IMG/VR virus record: IMGVR_UViG_3300031520_000006
Coordinates: 1 to 46,344 of that record
DNA from: a virus
Taxonomy: Duplodnaviria > Caudoviricetes
Reading direction: 5' to 3' (one strand)
Length of the DNA stretch: 46,344 nucleotides
Below, one piece after another: positions 1-8,468 of the stretch (its first letter is position 1; each line of letters starts with the position of its first letter). The position numbers were made by a program, and so were the translations under genes. The notes under the pieces are model-generated. The model worked only from the letters and a program-made list of their open reading frames with translations. It was not told where the DNA came from and ran no database searches.

Positions 1-223
1 AACGACTGGGCATTCCTCTCTCAGGCACAAGTCTCCCCTTCTCCAACACAGGTGCGACCTTCTTTTCCCTCCCAAGAATAGCCACTCCGTATAAATCTAG
101 TACACATGTCCACTCATGTAGTGTATATAGGCGGAAAAAGCACAACCATTGTCACTGGGATAGAACACTGAGACATAAGGAAACGATTCTCTGTTGACAT
201 ATCCTGGCGGCTATCTGTTCTTC

Positions 224-463
224 TCATTTTGTCAACGTCCACTCAATGTCATCGAAACGCACCTCTGGGAGTCCTTGATCTTTACGTAGCTTATTGAGAC
301 CGAGCCATGCCTGAGTAGCAGCCTGTCTTGAGACGGGTACGCCACGCTCAATTCTGCTAATGGTTGGCTGGGTAAGCCGCGCTGCATCTGCCAGTTCTTT
401 CTGCTCAATGCCAAGCTCTAGCCGCAGGACAAGCATGTGTAATTTCTCGGTCATAGTGCTCAT
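224..463 (-). CDS. XRE/Cro-like HTH transcriptional regulator
   Basis: LRLELGIEQKELADAARLTQPTISRIERG is a canonical XRE HTH. The start is trimmed from the track ORF (ATG options 472/463/454). Confidence 0.8.
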   Translation of the reverse strand: MSTMTEKLHMLVLRLELGIEQKELADAARLTQPTISRIERGVPVSRQAATQAWLGLNKLRKDQGLPEVRFDDIEWTLTK

Positions 464-756
464 ATCTACCATCTTTACCTTGTGTAAATATATTGTATAC
501 CTAGTATATACAGCATAATGCTGCAAATTACAAGTGGTTTTGCCACCAAAACAAAATGGACCAACCAAAACTGGCTGATCCACTTTGCGGATACGTCTAT
601 GATCGAGATTGTAGTCGAGGGATAGGGTCATGAAAAACTACCTGTATGATAGCAGCTTTGTCAATTTACGCTCATCATTATACTGTATGGTAGATAGCGT
701 GCAGGTCTCATGCAAAGTGTTCGGTATTTCTTGAGGATGATAGTAGGAGTGGCGGA

Positions 757-1095
757 ATGCAACTGCATACATTGGACGAGACCTGTGCGCTCTTGCACAT
801 TGACCAGGTGACGCTGCGCCGTTGGATGTGCAGAGCGAACATCTCTCCAGGCGTTGATCCATCAGATCGCCGCCGCCGCCATCTCGATGATGCGCAACTT
901 GTGCAACTCGCGGAGGCACATCATCGCGTGATCGTGTGGCTGCCTGCGCCTGGTCAAGTGGAACTGGTGGAGCAGATCGCCGGATTGAGGAAGCGTATCG
1001 AGGTCCTGGAGACAATTCTCGTGGCAGATCGGGATGGGGATGATCTGCCTGGATTGCTGCGACTGGGGAGAGAGAAGCCACCTAGCGGTTGCTAG
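757..1095 (+). CDS. MerR/excisionase-like HTH DNA-binding protein
   Basis: TLDETCALLHIDQVTLRRW motif, AGGAG RBS upstream, divergent from the Cro-like gene. Confidence 0.7.
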   Translation: MQLHTLDETCALLHIDQVTLRRWMCRANISPGVDPSDRRRRHLDDAQLVQLAEAHHRVIVWLPAPGQVELVEQIAGLRKRIEVLETILVADRDGDDLPGLLRLGREKPPSGC

Positions 1096-1143
1096 CTGGC
1101 TTTTGTGTTCTCTGTTAATGCGAAAGGATTAAGCAAATGAGAC

Positions 1144-1641
1144 TCAGTTCTCATATCCATGCTCGATTCGCTGCCGCATGATCGAGATCCGTTTCTCAAG
1201 CCATCCTGTGACTTGCCCTTGTGCCTGTGCCTGTGCCAAGCGATGCTCAAGTCGTGGCATCTCCTGTCTATACCGCTCAAGGCGTTGAGCACGCTCATAG
1301 TGCTTCATTTTCTCCTTGAAGCTGCGACGTAAGTCGCTCGCCGCTTCCGCGCCAAATCGTCGTGTAATTTCCTGCCAGAGCCAGGTGGTTGGAGGCTCTG
1401 TCCCTTTCCGGTCACGCGCTTCTTGTTCGACCATGCGCCAATCGAGTCTGGTGTAGTAATACCCTCCGCCGAGGCGACTGTAGGCGATTGGTGCCTGAAA
1501 ATGATCCTTGAGATATTGAATATCCTGATACACCGACCGTTGGCTAATTCCAAACGTCTCCATGAAATTCTGGACGGATGGATACGTGCCACTCCGAATC
1601 ATCGCATCTATGCGCAAGAAGCGCTCTTCAGGCTTCTTCAT
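1144..1641 (-). CDS. winged-HTH (HTH_11, YafY/PafB-type N-terminus) protein without a WYL domain
   Basis: ERFLRIDAMIR..FGISQRSVYQDIQYLKD..PIAYSRLGGGYYY; AGGAG RBS before ATG at 1641. Confidence 0.7.
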   Translation of the reverse strand: MKKPEERFLRIDAMIRSGTYPSVQNFMETFGISQRSVYQDIQYLKDHFQAPIAYSRLGGGYYYTRLDWRMVEQEARDRKGTEPPTTWLWQEITRRFGAEAASDLRRSFKEKMKHYERAQRLERYRQEMPRLEHRLAQAQAQGQVTGWLEKRISIMRQRIEHGYEN

Positions 1642-1993
1642 AATTTCGCATCTCCTGCTCCTCTGCGTCACGCTCTCGACGCACGGCAGCATACAATTGG
1701 TTGGCGATGGTTTTCACTGTATCAGCAAGGAGTGCATCAGTGGAGCGTAGCTGTTCGGCCTGCTGATCGAGCCAGGCGATGACGCTAGCTCGTTCCTCAT
1801 CAGCAAGCAGCACCGTTGCCAGTTCTCCGCTATCAATCGCCATGAGCATCTCGGCGGCATTGCCCTCGCCCGTGGTCGGTCCTCTCTCGCTTGTGTAGCC
1901 ATGAGAGGCAGCGATCGTGTTCAATCGCTGCCTCATGGCATTTACCTCTTCCTGGCTCATGCCTTTGAAATAGAGGCCAAATGTCGCTGACAT
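1628..1993 (-). CDS. hypothetical protein
   Basis: 121-aa ORF tightly packed in the operon with an RBS. Confidence 0.7.
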   Translation of the reverse strand: MSATFGLYFKGMSQEEVNAMRQRLNTIAASHGYTSERGPTTGEGNAAEMLMAIDSGELATVLLADEERASVIAWLDQQAEQLRSTDALLADTVKTIANQLYAAVRRERDAEEQEMRNYEEA

Positions 1994-1996
1994 CCT

Positions 1997-2509
1997 CTAC
2001 TCCTCTTCATACAGGCTACGTAACTCTTCCTCTGCCTCATCCCGTGTGTCAAACGGACCCTGATCGTCGCCTTCAAATCCATTGCCTTTGTAGATGCCTT
2101 GAAGACAGCCGTACCATCCGTCCTCTTGCCGCCACGTGACCATCTGAGTGCCATCAGTCGTACCATCCCACGGATTCGTTTGCCCTTTTGGTGTCTGTCC
2201 AGAGAGGGTCACAACAGTCGTTGTTTCCTGTTTGAGTTGCTCTTTGATATCCTCAAGAGCGTCCTCGTAACTTCGGAAAAGCTGGTAGTCAACAGGCGAC
2301 TTATCCTCACCGTCATACTGCACACCATAATGTGTGGCAAGCACACGGTAATCTTCATGGTTTGAGCTGTCGAGGTACGCACGCTCTGTGTCAGGCCATA
2401 CATGCACCGCCTCAGTAATACCCAGGTTTTGCATTCGCTCGGCGAGACGCTCTCGCGCTAGCATATCAATATCGTTGGCATCCATCTGTTCTTTGTTCTT
2501 GAGTTCCAT
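1997..2509 (-). CDS. acidic hypothetical protein
   Basis: 170-aa ORF, AAGGAG RBS, first gene after a strong promoter. Confidence 0.75.
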   Translation of the reverse strand: MELKNKEQMDANDIDMLARERLAERMQNLGITEAVHVWPDTERAYLDSSNHEDYRVLATHYGVQYDGEDKSPVDYQLFRSYEDALEDIKEQLKQETTTVVTLSGQTPKGQTNPWDGTTDGTQMVTWRQEDGWYGCLQGIYKGNGFEGDDQGPFDTRDEAEEELRSLYEEE

Positions 2510-2552
2510 TGTCTTGTCTCCTTTTTTAGGCTCCGTGACTGTTCACATTGCC

Positions 2553-2599
2553 ATCTCATTTCTAGCTAGAATTATCTCATTTCTAGCTAGAAATGTCAA
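2553..2599 (-). promoter_or_regulatory. sigma70 promoter with tandem palindromic operators
   Basis: TTGACA-N17-GATAAT on the minus strand. A perfect 18-bp palindrome CATTTCTAGCTAGAAATG (2578-2595) lies between the -35 and -10, with a near copy at 2557-2573 (21-bp period). Confidence 0.85.
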
Positions 2600-2708
2600 G
2601 AGGTTTGTGAGGCAATTTTTCGAGGCGAAGAAAACTCAAGAGATGCTGGCGATTAGGGACAGAGCCGCCGCCTGGGGATGGCTAGGCGTCTTCTCTATTG
2701 GCCTCAAT

Positions 2709-3389
2709 TTAATGAGAGTAGAGCGGCCTCATCACGCCGCCATGATATGAGCAAGCGCCGCGTTCCCCTCCTGACTGGCTGTAGGCCCCGTCCACGCACT
2801 CCACTACATAGCCATCTCCGGGGTCGTCAGGCTCCACAAAGCTGGCGATGCATGCAAAATAGTTGCAAAAGCCCGATGGCGGATTGTAGATCAAGCCTCC
2901 TGGATTGAAGTCGTAGTGCCACGGGTTCCCGTTCACGCCCGTTGGAGGTGGCTGTGTTGGAGGCGGTGCTGGTGGCTGTGTTGGAGGCGGTGGTGCTTGA
3001 GTTGGAGTCGGTGGCTGCGTCGGTGCCGGTGGCTGGGTTGGGGCTTGTGTCGGTTGAGGCTTTGCGGTTGGTGCCTTTGTCGGCATCGGGCTTGGTGTCG
3101 CGGTGGCGACCTGTGCAACCTGCGTTGGGGTTGTGGTCGGTACAGGTGCCACAGGTTTCGGTGGCGCGGTTGATGCGATAGCCATGCTGCTACATATGCA
3201 AAGCGAGAGGAGCAATAGCAGGCTGCCACATCCTATGCCCCACTGCGTCCTCTTTCGAGCGGATCGGTAGCGTCGCCACAATGATTGTTTAGGTGGTGGC
3301 GGTGGCACTGGCGGATAGCCCTGTGGAACCGTTGGCCCCTGGGCCGTAGGCTGCTGATAGAAGTTGTTCGGGTTCGGTTGTTGATACAC
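2709..3389 (-). CDS. Pro/Thr-rich membrane-anchored surface protein with DUF3761-like C-terminus
   Basis: Hydrophobic TM segment, PTQPP linker, and CVDGAYSQSGGERGACSYHGGV motif; GTG start after AGGGGG. Confidence 0.75.
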   Translation of the reverse strand: MYQQPNPNNFYQQPTAQGPTVPQGYPPVPPPPPKQSLWRRYRSARKRTQWGIGCGSLLLLLSLCICSSMAIASTAPPKPVAPVPTTTPTQVAQVATATPSPMPTKAPTAKPQPTQAPTQPPAPTQPPTPTQAPPPPTQPPAPPPTQPPPTGVNGNPWHYDFNPGGLIYNPPSGFCNYFACIASFVEPDDPGDGYVVECVDGAYSQSGGERGACSYHGGVMRPLYSH

Positions 3390-3491
3390 GATTCCCCCTA
3401 TTTTGCTATAGTTCTCATCATTTGAGAACAAACGCGTCTAGTGTAGCATGACGAACAGATTATGTCATGAGACATATGTTCGAGAATATGC

Positions 3492-3532
3492 AAAGAGGCC
3501 CTCGCCTACCATCCCATAGGCGGGGCCTCTTT
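3492..3532. terminator. bidirectional intrinsic terminator
   Basis: AAAGAGGCCCTCGCCTA...TAGGCGGGGCCTCTTT inverted repeat. Confidence 0.7.
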
Positions 3533-3647
3533 GTGTGTATCAACGGAATCTAGTATAGCATATAATCCTCTTCGTTATCGACGCCATAGCGTCAAAGCTA
3601 CCTTTCATCGTGGCAGCAAGCCTTTCGACTTGCGGCCACTTGTGTAG

Positions 3648-3770
3648 CTACTTCGACTTGCTTTTACGCTGTAATGTGCGCTTGCATCCAGCACACACTT
3701 CTATACGCCATCCTTTATAGATGATGCTGTAGAGCTTCTTGTGCTCCTCTTTACATGCACCGCATTTCAT
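3648..3770 (-). CDS. 40-aa zinc-ribbon peptide (below the ORF-track cut-off)
   Basis: MKCGACKEEHKKLYSIIYKGWRIEVCAGCKRTLQRKSKSK with two CxxC motifs and a strong AGGAGG RBS. Confidence 0.7.
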   Translation of the reverse strand: MKCGACKEEHKKLYSIIYKGWRIEVCAGCKRTLQRKSKSK

Positions 3771-3817
3771 ATCTCTGTCCTCCTGGTGGGCACCCTCGCG
3801 GATACCCACCTTTCCAA

Positions 3818-4531
3818 CTAGCGAACCGTCGCCGTCCGCTGTTTCGACTGCCGGTACTCTGTGGTCAGTTGCTGGATCAGCTTCTTCGCGTCCAGATTGC
3901 TCAAGTCCTGTGTATCTGGCTCAGCCTTACCAAGATACTGGCACAGCTTGCCGATGCTCTCGATCTGCTGCGAGGTAGCAGGTGGCTCCTCGCGTCCTTC
4001 CTCAAACGCAGGCTCTAATGCAGCGGGTGGCTCCTGGCTCTTAGGTGCTGGAGGTGTCGGGATCGCAGTGGCTACGGGTGTTCTGCTCACTGGTGCATCT
4101 GCCAACCGCTCGCCTTCTGCGAATTCCTCATCAGTGAATTGGGTGCCATATCCTAATGTAGCCAGTGCTCGACCTATCGCGCCCGTTTCGCTTTTCTCTA
4201 CGTAGTCGGGAAAGTGTGCGGCCTTCTCGACTTTAGTTCCAGTGCCTCTACCTCCTGTACCGTTATTGACGACTGCCTTATAGCGCGCATAGCCATTGGC
4301 ACGCTTGACGACTTTTTCAGAACGGCGCTTTTCGGCGTTCCATATGAATACCTCGGCCTCCGTCTCGCGGTCGAGGTCAACAAGTTTTTCCTCGGTGTCG
4401 ATGGTGCCGTTCGGGCACTCTTCGCGGAACCAGACCAGACGCCATTGCACAGGCAGATAGTCGGCCTCGCCTTTGCTATTCCTGATTTTGATAAGATGTT
4501 CATGCGGGTTGAATTTCTTCTGATCGCTCAT
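3818..4531 (-). CDS. putative Rad52/Sak-like single-strand annealing protein
   Basis: DYLPVQWRLVWFR...EKSETGAIGRALATLGYG resembles phage Rad52-fold recombinases; GGAG RBS. Confidence 0.6.
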   Translation of the reverse strand: MSDQKKFNPHEHLIKIRNSKGEADYLPVQWRLVWFREECPNGTIDTEEKLVDLDRETEAEVFIWNAEKRRSEKVVKRANGYARYKAVVNNGTGGRGTGTKVEKAAHFPDYVEKSETGAIGRALATLGYGTQFTDEEFAEGERLADAPVSRTPVATAIPTPPAPKSQEPPAALEPAFEEGREEPPATSQQIESIGKLCQYLGKAEPDTQDLSNLDAKKLIQQLTTEYRQSKQRTATVR

Positions 4532-4575
4532 GGTCGTAATCTCCAGGAGGCTTATGCAGCCTCCTGGCTCCTTTC

Positions 4576-4836
4576 TTATTTCGCTTTTCTTCGCCATTTT
4601 GTTTCGTAGGCATGAATGTAGGAGAGGACAAACATCTCAATGAGCCTTTCATCCTCGGCAACAACGGGGCTGCCTTCCTCGGCTCGAATCTGAATATAGA
4701 GTGTCGCGTGTTTGGCGAGGGCCTCACGGTCCGAAATCTGTCTATCGCTGATCTGGACCGTGATTTCCGCTAAGCGCATAGCTCTGCGCATGATCTCGAT
4801 GTTGTCAGTGATGTACTGCTTGTCCATATCGTCCAT
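4576..4836 (-). CDS. hypothetical protein
   Basis: 86-aa ORF in the operon. Confidence 0.6.
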   Translation of the reverse strand: MDDMDKQYITDNIEIMRRAMRLAEITVQISDRQISDREALAKHATLYIQIRAEEGSPVVAEDERLIEMFVLSYIHAYETKWRRKAK

Positions 4837-4871
4837 CCAGGCGCGAGATCATCGCGCCTGGCTCCTTTCAT

Positions 4872-5432
4872 TTAGAACTGATTTTCTTGGGTACCGTGTA
4901 TCTCATCAAGCAGCTTCTTGAGTCGAGTCGCGGCTACCTGGAGATAGCAGTAGGTGTAAGTCCTGGCGTAGAGCTTGGTGTATGCCGCAAGGTCATCTGT
5001 GAAGTGGAGGTGTGCCCGCTCCTCGAACTCCACAAACGAGCGCGCCCAGTCGGCGATTTCGTCGCAATTGCTGTTGCAATCCTGCATCCAACTGTCGTCG
5101 AGCTTAGCTTGCTCTGCGGCGTGTGCCATGATCTTGCAGCGATTGGAGATAGGATATTCAACCTGTGGCTCTGGCTTCGGAAAAACTGCGTCACGCGAGA
5201 GGATCACGAGCGCGTTGGCGTCTGCCTCGGTGCGTGCCATGATCGCGCAGCTCTCGCCGCTCCATTCGATAATGACGCGATTCTGTTCAACGTCGCTCAG
5301 GTCACAATCCGCGATGGCGGTGAGCATCGTTGAATAACCGGCTGCGTTCTGGTGCTTTTCCAGGACGTAGAACGCGTTCGGGTCGATGCTGGCGACGAAC
5401 TCGCCGATGGTCTGAAGGCCGTTTGTCTTCAT
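4872..5432 (-). CDS. hypothetical protein
   Basis: 186-aa ORF with GAAAGGA RBS. Confidence 0.7.
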   Translation of the reverse strand: MKTNGLQTIGEFVASIDPNAFYVLEKHQNAAGYSTMLTAIADCDLSDVEQNRVIIEWSGESCAIMARTEADANALVILSRDAVFPKPEPQVEYPISNRCKIMAHAAEQAKLDDSWMQDCNSNCDEIADWARSFVEFEERAHLHFTDDLAAYTKLYARTYTYCYLQVAATRLKKLLDEIHGTQENQF

Positions 5433-5480
5433 GATATACTTCCTTTCGAGAGTTGTAGTAGGCCGCTGTTAAACTTGCCT

Positions 5481-5560
5481 CTATAATTATGACGTACAAA
5501 CTTCAATACAGTAACACTAAAATGTTACTGATTTTGATGTTGGTACGTCGTCTTTTATAG
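5481..5560. promoter_or_regulatory. back-to-back TGTTAC-N16/17-CGTC promoters (ECF-sigma-like)
   Basis: Minus-strand copy at 5481-5516 and plus-strand copy at 5523-5560; the same motif occurs at 7517-7554 and 8537-8574. Confidence 0.6.
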
Positions 5561-5589
5561 AAAGAAGATTGTTTATAGGAGTAATAGGG

Positions 5590-5925
5590 ATGCTAGCAAT
5601 CATGAAAGCGCATGAAAAGAAGTACAAGGACGGTGACGAGCTCTCGGCATCTCAGGCCGCCGAGGTGATCGGCGAGAATAGCGGTCGTGTCGTTGATCCA
5701 GTGAACGTGGCACGTCTTGTCAAACAAGGCCGTATACCTGGTGCGCGTAAGGTTGGCCGTTTCTATGTCTATCCATATGAGTCGGTGCGGAATGTGGTGG
5801 TCGGCGAGCTGCCCACCGGACCAAAGCCAAAACCTGAAGACCAGCTCGCCGAGAGGTCGCTATACATCCGAGAATATAAGCGGCGCAAGGCTGTGGAAAA
5901 GAAAAGAAAAGGCCAGGGGTCGTAG
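5590..5925 (+). CDS. HTH_17/excisionase-like DNA-binding protein
   Basis: LSASQAAEVIG...VARLVKQGRIPGARKVGRFY motif. Confidence 0.75.
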   Translation: MLAIMKAHEKKYKDGDELSASQAAEVIGENSGRVVDPVNVARLVKQGRIPGARKVGRFYVYPYESVRNVVVGELPTGPKPKPEDQLAERSLYIREYKRRKAVEKKRKGQGS

Positions 5926-5945
5926 CCCCTGGCCTTTTGCCTTTT
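5906..5945. terminator. bidirectional terminator between convergent genes
   Basis: AAAAGGCCAGGGG-TCGTAG-CCCCTGGCCTTTT. Confidence 0.8.
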
Positions 5946-6138
5946 AAAACGGAAGATCGTCGCAGAACTTGAGGAATTGCTCTATCTCGATGCGTATCTG
6001 CTCCTCTTGCTCTGGTGTGAGAGGCAGCGCCTCTGGCTCATCTCCTTCCTCCTCCTCGGACCAGTCAGGCTCCTGCGCGTCATAGGCTGCCTGTGCCTGG
6101 TGGAATGATTGCTCTTGCTCATAGCTGAAATCGTACAT
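5944..6138 (-). CDS. small acidic protein ending in SSB-like tail DDLPF
   Basis: 64 aa, very E/D-rich, AGGAGG RBS. Confidence 0.75.
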   Translation of the reverse strand: MYDFSYEQEQSFHQAQAAYDAQEPDWSEEEEGDEPEALPLTPEQEEQIRIEIEQFLKFCDDLPF

Positions 6139-6196
6139 AGTATCCTCCTGCTTGTGTAATTTACGGTAGGAGCATTGTGCTCCTACCGGCTATACA

Positions 6197-6439
6197 TTAG
6201 TTGTAGATGCCTTGCTCCTGCTCGGCGATCATGCGTTGTTCGAGCTGTAGACTGCGATACTCTATATCCGATGGATCGACGCAGAAATAATCGCAATGGC
6301 AATTGTGGCAAATATGCGCCTGTGGCTGAATGCGGTCGTAGATGTCTGAGCGCATATAGAAGCGTTCTGCGCATTCCTCGCATGTGAGCTGCACGAGCAT
6401 GTACCCAGGTGACACTTGTGTAATTTTCTTCTGGCTCAT
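6197..6439 (-). CDS. small Cys-rich (zinc-binding) protein
   Basis: CEEC...CHNC motifs; AGGAGG RBS. Confidence 0.7.
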   Translation of the reverse strand: MSQKKITQVSPGYMLVQLTCEECAERFYMRSDIYDRIQPQAHICHNCHCDYFCVDPSDIEYRSLQLEQRMIAEQEQGIYN

Positions 6440-6478
6440 AATTTCCTCCTGGTGGGGGATTGCTCCCCCACGCTCGTG

Positions 6479-7180
6479 CTAGTGCATGATTGAAAATGGA
6501 CGATTGCCATTAAGTGGCAACGCCAGCGGATCGTACTTCTTTGGCTCTGGCTTTGCTTTGAATGCAGAGGCGACGATCTGCCGCTTTGCCAGATACTTGT
6601 CAAGCGCCTCGCCGTGTTTGCACAGGCGATCATTGCCGCACGTGCAGCCAGCCGCGAACTCCTCGCGGATGATAGGCAAGCGGTAGCCGTCCAGCTCGCA
6701 CGCTATGAGCTTGTCGCCTTTGATGATCTCGGTAATCTTTGGCTCCTCGGCGATGGTAGCCGGTGCCCCCTTAGCCGATGATCGACGCGACATCATCGGC
6801 GCGTCGATCACGATGCTCTCAGCCTTGATCTGGATCGTCTGCGATGCTGCGAGCTGCGCGACCTGGCTGCGCAATTCAGCGAGCTGCTGCTCCATCTCCA
6901 GCAGGCGAGCCTTGAGTGTTGCTTCCTCGGCAACTTGTGTAGCCTCCTTTTGTAGCTTTGCATCTCGCATAGCCTCGATCTCGGCGAGCACACGGCGTAC
7001 ATGCTTGCATTCTGGATTCTTGTTGTAACGTGTGTCTGGACAAGAGCAGATCCAACGGCCATTAACCAGGCGCAGGTAGTAGGTGACGCTTGCATCTGAG
7101 TCGCTCTTGATCTTCCAGGTGCGCTCCAGCTCTGGCTTGTTGGTGGCGATGCGTGGAGTCTTGATCTCTGACGTATTCAT
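6479..7180 (-). CDS. SWIM zinc-finger protein (two SWIM-like motifs with coiled coil)
   Basis: WICSCPD..ECKHV and GCTCG..LCKHG. Confidence 0.75.
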   Translation of the reverse strand: MNTSEIKTPRIATNKPELERTWKIKSDSDASVTYYLRLVNGRWICSCPDTRYNKNPECKHVRRVLAEIEAMRDAKLQKEATQVAEEATLKARLLEMEQQLAELRSQVAQLAASQTIQIKAESIVIDAPMMSRRSSAKGAPATIAEEPKITEIIKGDKLIACELDGYRLPIIREEFAAGCTCGNDRLCKHGEALDKYLAKRQIVASAFKAKPEPKKYDPLALPLNGNRPFSIMH

Positions 7181-7264
7181 TGCTATAATCCTTTCGTGTC
7201 CAACTGCTAATTTTTTAGTGGTATCGGTCGCGCTCTATTGGCGTAGAGCGCGACCGTTTTTTTA
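7161..7264 (+). ncRNA. putative antisense sRNA unit (promoter plus terminator)
   Basis: TTGATC-N17-TATAAT (7161-7189, TG-extended), followed by hairpin CGGTCGCGCTCTA/TAGAGCGCGACCG and a T run. Confidence 0.55.
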
Positions 7265-7468
7265 GAGACCGAGATAGCGAGCGTAAACGCGTTCGATGAT
7301 CTTGGATTTATCCTCCTCAACGCCATCCTCGTTGACGTAAGTGATGGCTGCATCCTCGATATGCTCCTCGTCGAGAAGATATTCGTTGATGTGGACAGCC
7401 TTGAAAACGCTGGTGACTTTTGCCTCTGCGACAACATCGCCTTGCGCGTAGCCTTTGACGTAGAACAT
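7262..7468 (-). CDS. hypothetical protein
   Basis: 68 aa, AGGAGG RBS, downstream of the 7517-7554 promoter. Confidence 0.7.
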   Translation of the reverse strand: MFYVKGYAQGDVVAEAKVTSVFKAVHINEYLLDEEHIEDAAITYVNEDGVEEDKSKIIERVYARYLGL

Positions 7469-7516
7469 TGAGTGTTCCTCCTGGTGTACTCCGGCGCAAG
7501 CACTGTACTTGCTCCT

Positions 7517-7554
7517 CTATATATTACGACGTAACAACGTATCAAAAGTAACAT
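7517..7554 (-). promoter_or_regulatory. TGTTAC-N16-CGTC promoter (near-identical to 8537-8574)
   Basis: Direct repeat ATGTTACTTTTG.TACGTTG.TACGTC.TAATATATAG, 1020 bp from the other copy. Confidence 0.65.
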
Positions 7555-7656
7555 AGAATATCCATATGTTTTGGCCTGAGAAGCCAACTCACACGATATC
7601 CACTTGTGCAACAGCCAGCTCTGCGAGACAACACCAGCTTGTGCAACAAACACCAC

Positions 7657-7683
7657 AAAAAGAAGGCCCGCACCAGGCGAGCC
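7657..7683 (-). terminator. A-free intrinsic terminator of the SLOG gene
   Basis: Minus strand GGCTCGC-CTGGT-GCGGGCC-TTCTTTTT; the stem uses a G-U pair. Confidence 0.6.
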
Positions 7684-7703
7684 AAACGAGAGAGAAGCGG
7701 CGA

Positions 7704-8468
7704 CTAGAAGAGACCGAGCTGGGCGAGCGCACCAGGGGCGGGGGGCGGGGAAACAACGAACACAGGCACGCCAGCAGCACGCGCAAGAGAGACCGCCGAC
7801 GCGGTGCCAGCCGAAACGCCGTCCCAAAAGGCCACAACGACAGAGCAGGAGCGAACAAGCGCGCGATTGCGAACGACGCCAGCCAAGCGACCCAGCGCGG
7901 AACCCCAGGCCGCCGGAAACACCGAAACCGACAAGCCGCGAGCAGAAGCAGCACCCTCGGCGACGCGATCCACGCCGCAAGCCCCACCCGACACCACCAC
8001 CACGCCAGCAGGCAGAGCGGCGACAAACGAGCGGACCAGGCCAAGCGCGGAGAACGAGCGCGAGCCGACCACGCCGACCCGGACCGCCGCGCCAACAGGC
8101 GACGACGCGACAGCCGCACCGACCGCCGAGAGCGACGGCTCCAGAGCAGCGGGCGGGGGAGGCGAGGGGGGAGAGAGCCAGACCGCGACGCAAGGGGAGC
8201 CAGCGCCGGGAACGAAGACCGCCAGAGAAGGGCAGACGCAGCCAGCACCACCAGCCGCGCCGCAGCCGCAGGGCCAGGCCGAGACGCGAGCCGGAAGCGC
8301 GAGCAGAGCAGCCGGAGCCGACGCCACAAACGCCGCGACAGGGACAGGAGCGCCGACGCCACAAACGCGAGAAGCGAACGGCACCACACGAGGCGAGACA
8401 AGAGAGGCAGGCAAGGACGCCAGCACGCCAGAGAGAGAAGCAGGAGCCGAAACAACAGAAGCAACCAC
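7704..8468 (-). CDS. adenine-depleted SLOG-family (DprA/YspA/DUF2493-like) protein with C-terminal beta-clamp motif
   Basis: VGVVGSR, SGGACGVD, FPAAW..G..AG..RN and VVAFWDG.S.GT motifs; ends in QLGLF; GTG start with GGGGGT SD. Confidence 0.8.
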   Translation of the reverse strand: MVASVVSAPASLSGVLASLPASLVSPRVVPFASRVCGVGAPVPVAAFVASAPAALLALPARVSAWPCGCGAAGGAGCVCPSLAVFVPGAGSPCVAVWLSPPSPPPPAALEPSLSAVGAAVASSPVGAAVRVGVVGSRSFSALGLVRSFVAALPAGVVVVSGGACGVDRVAEGAASARGLSVSVFPAAWGSALGRLAGVVRNRALVRSCSVVVAFWDGVSAGTASAVSLARAAGVPVFVVSPPPAPGALAQLGLF

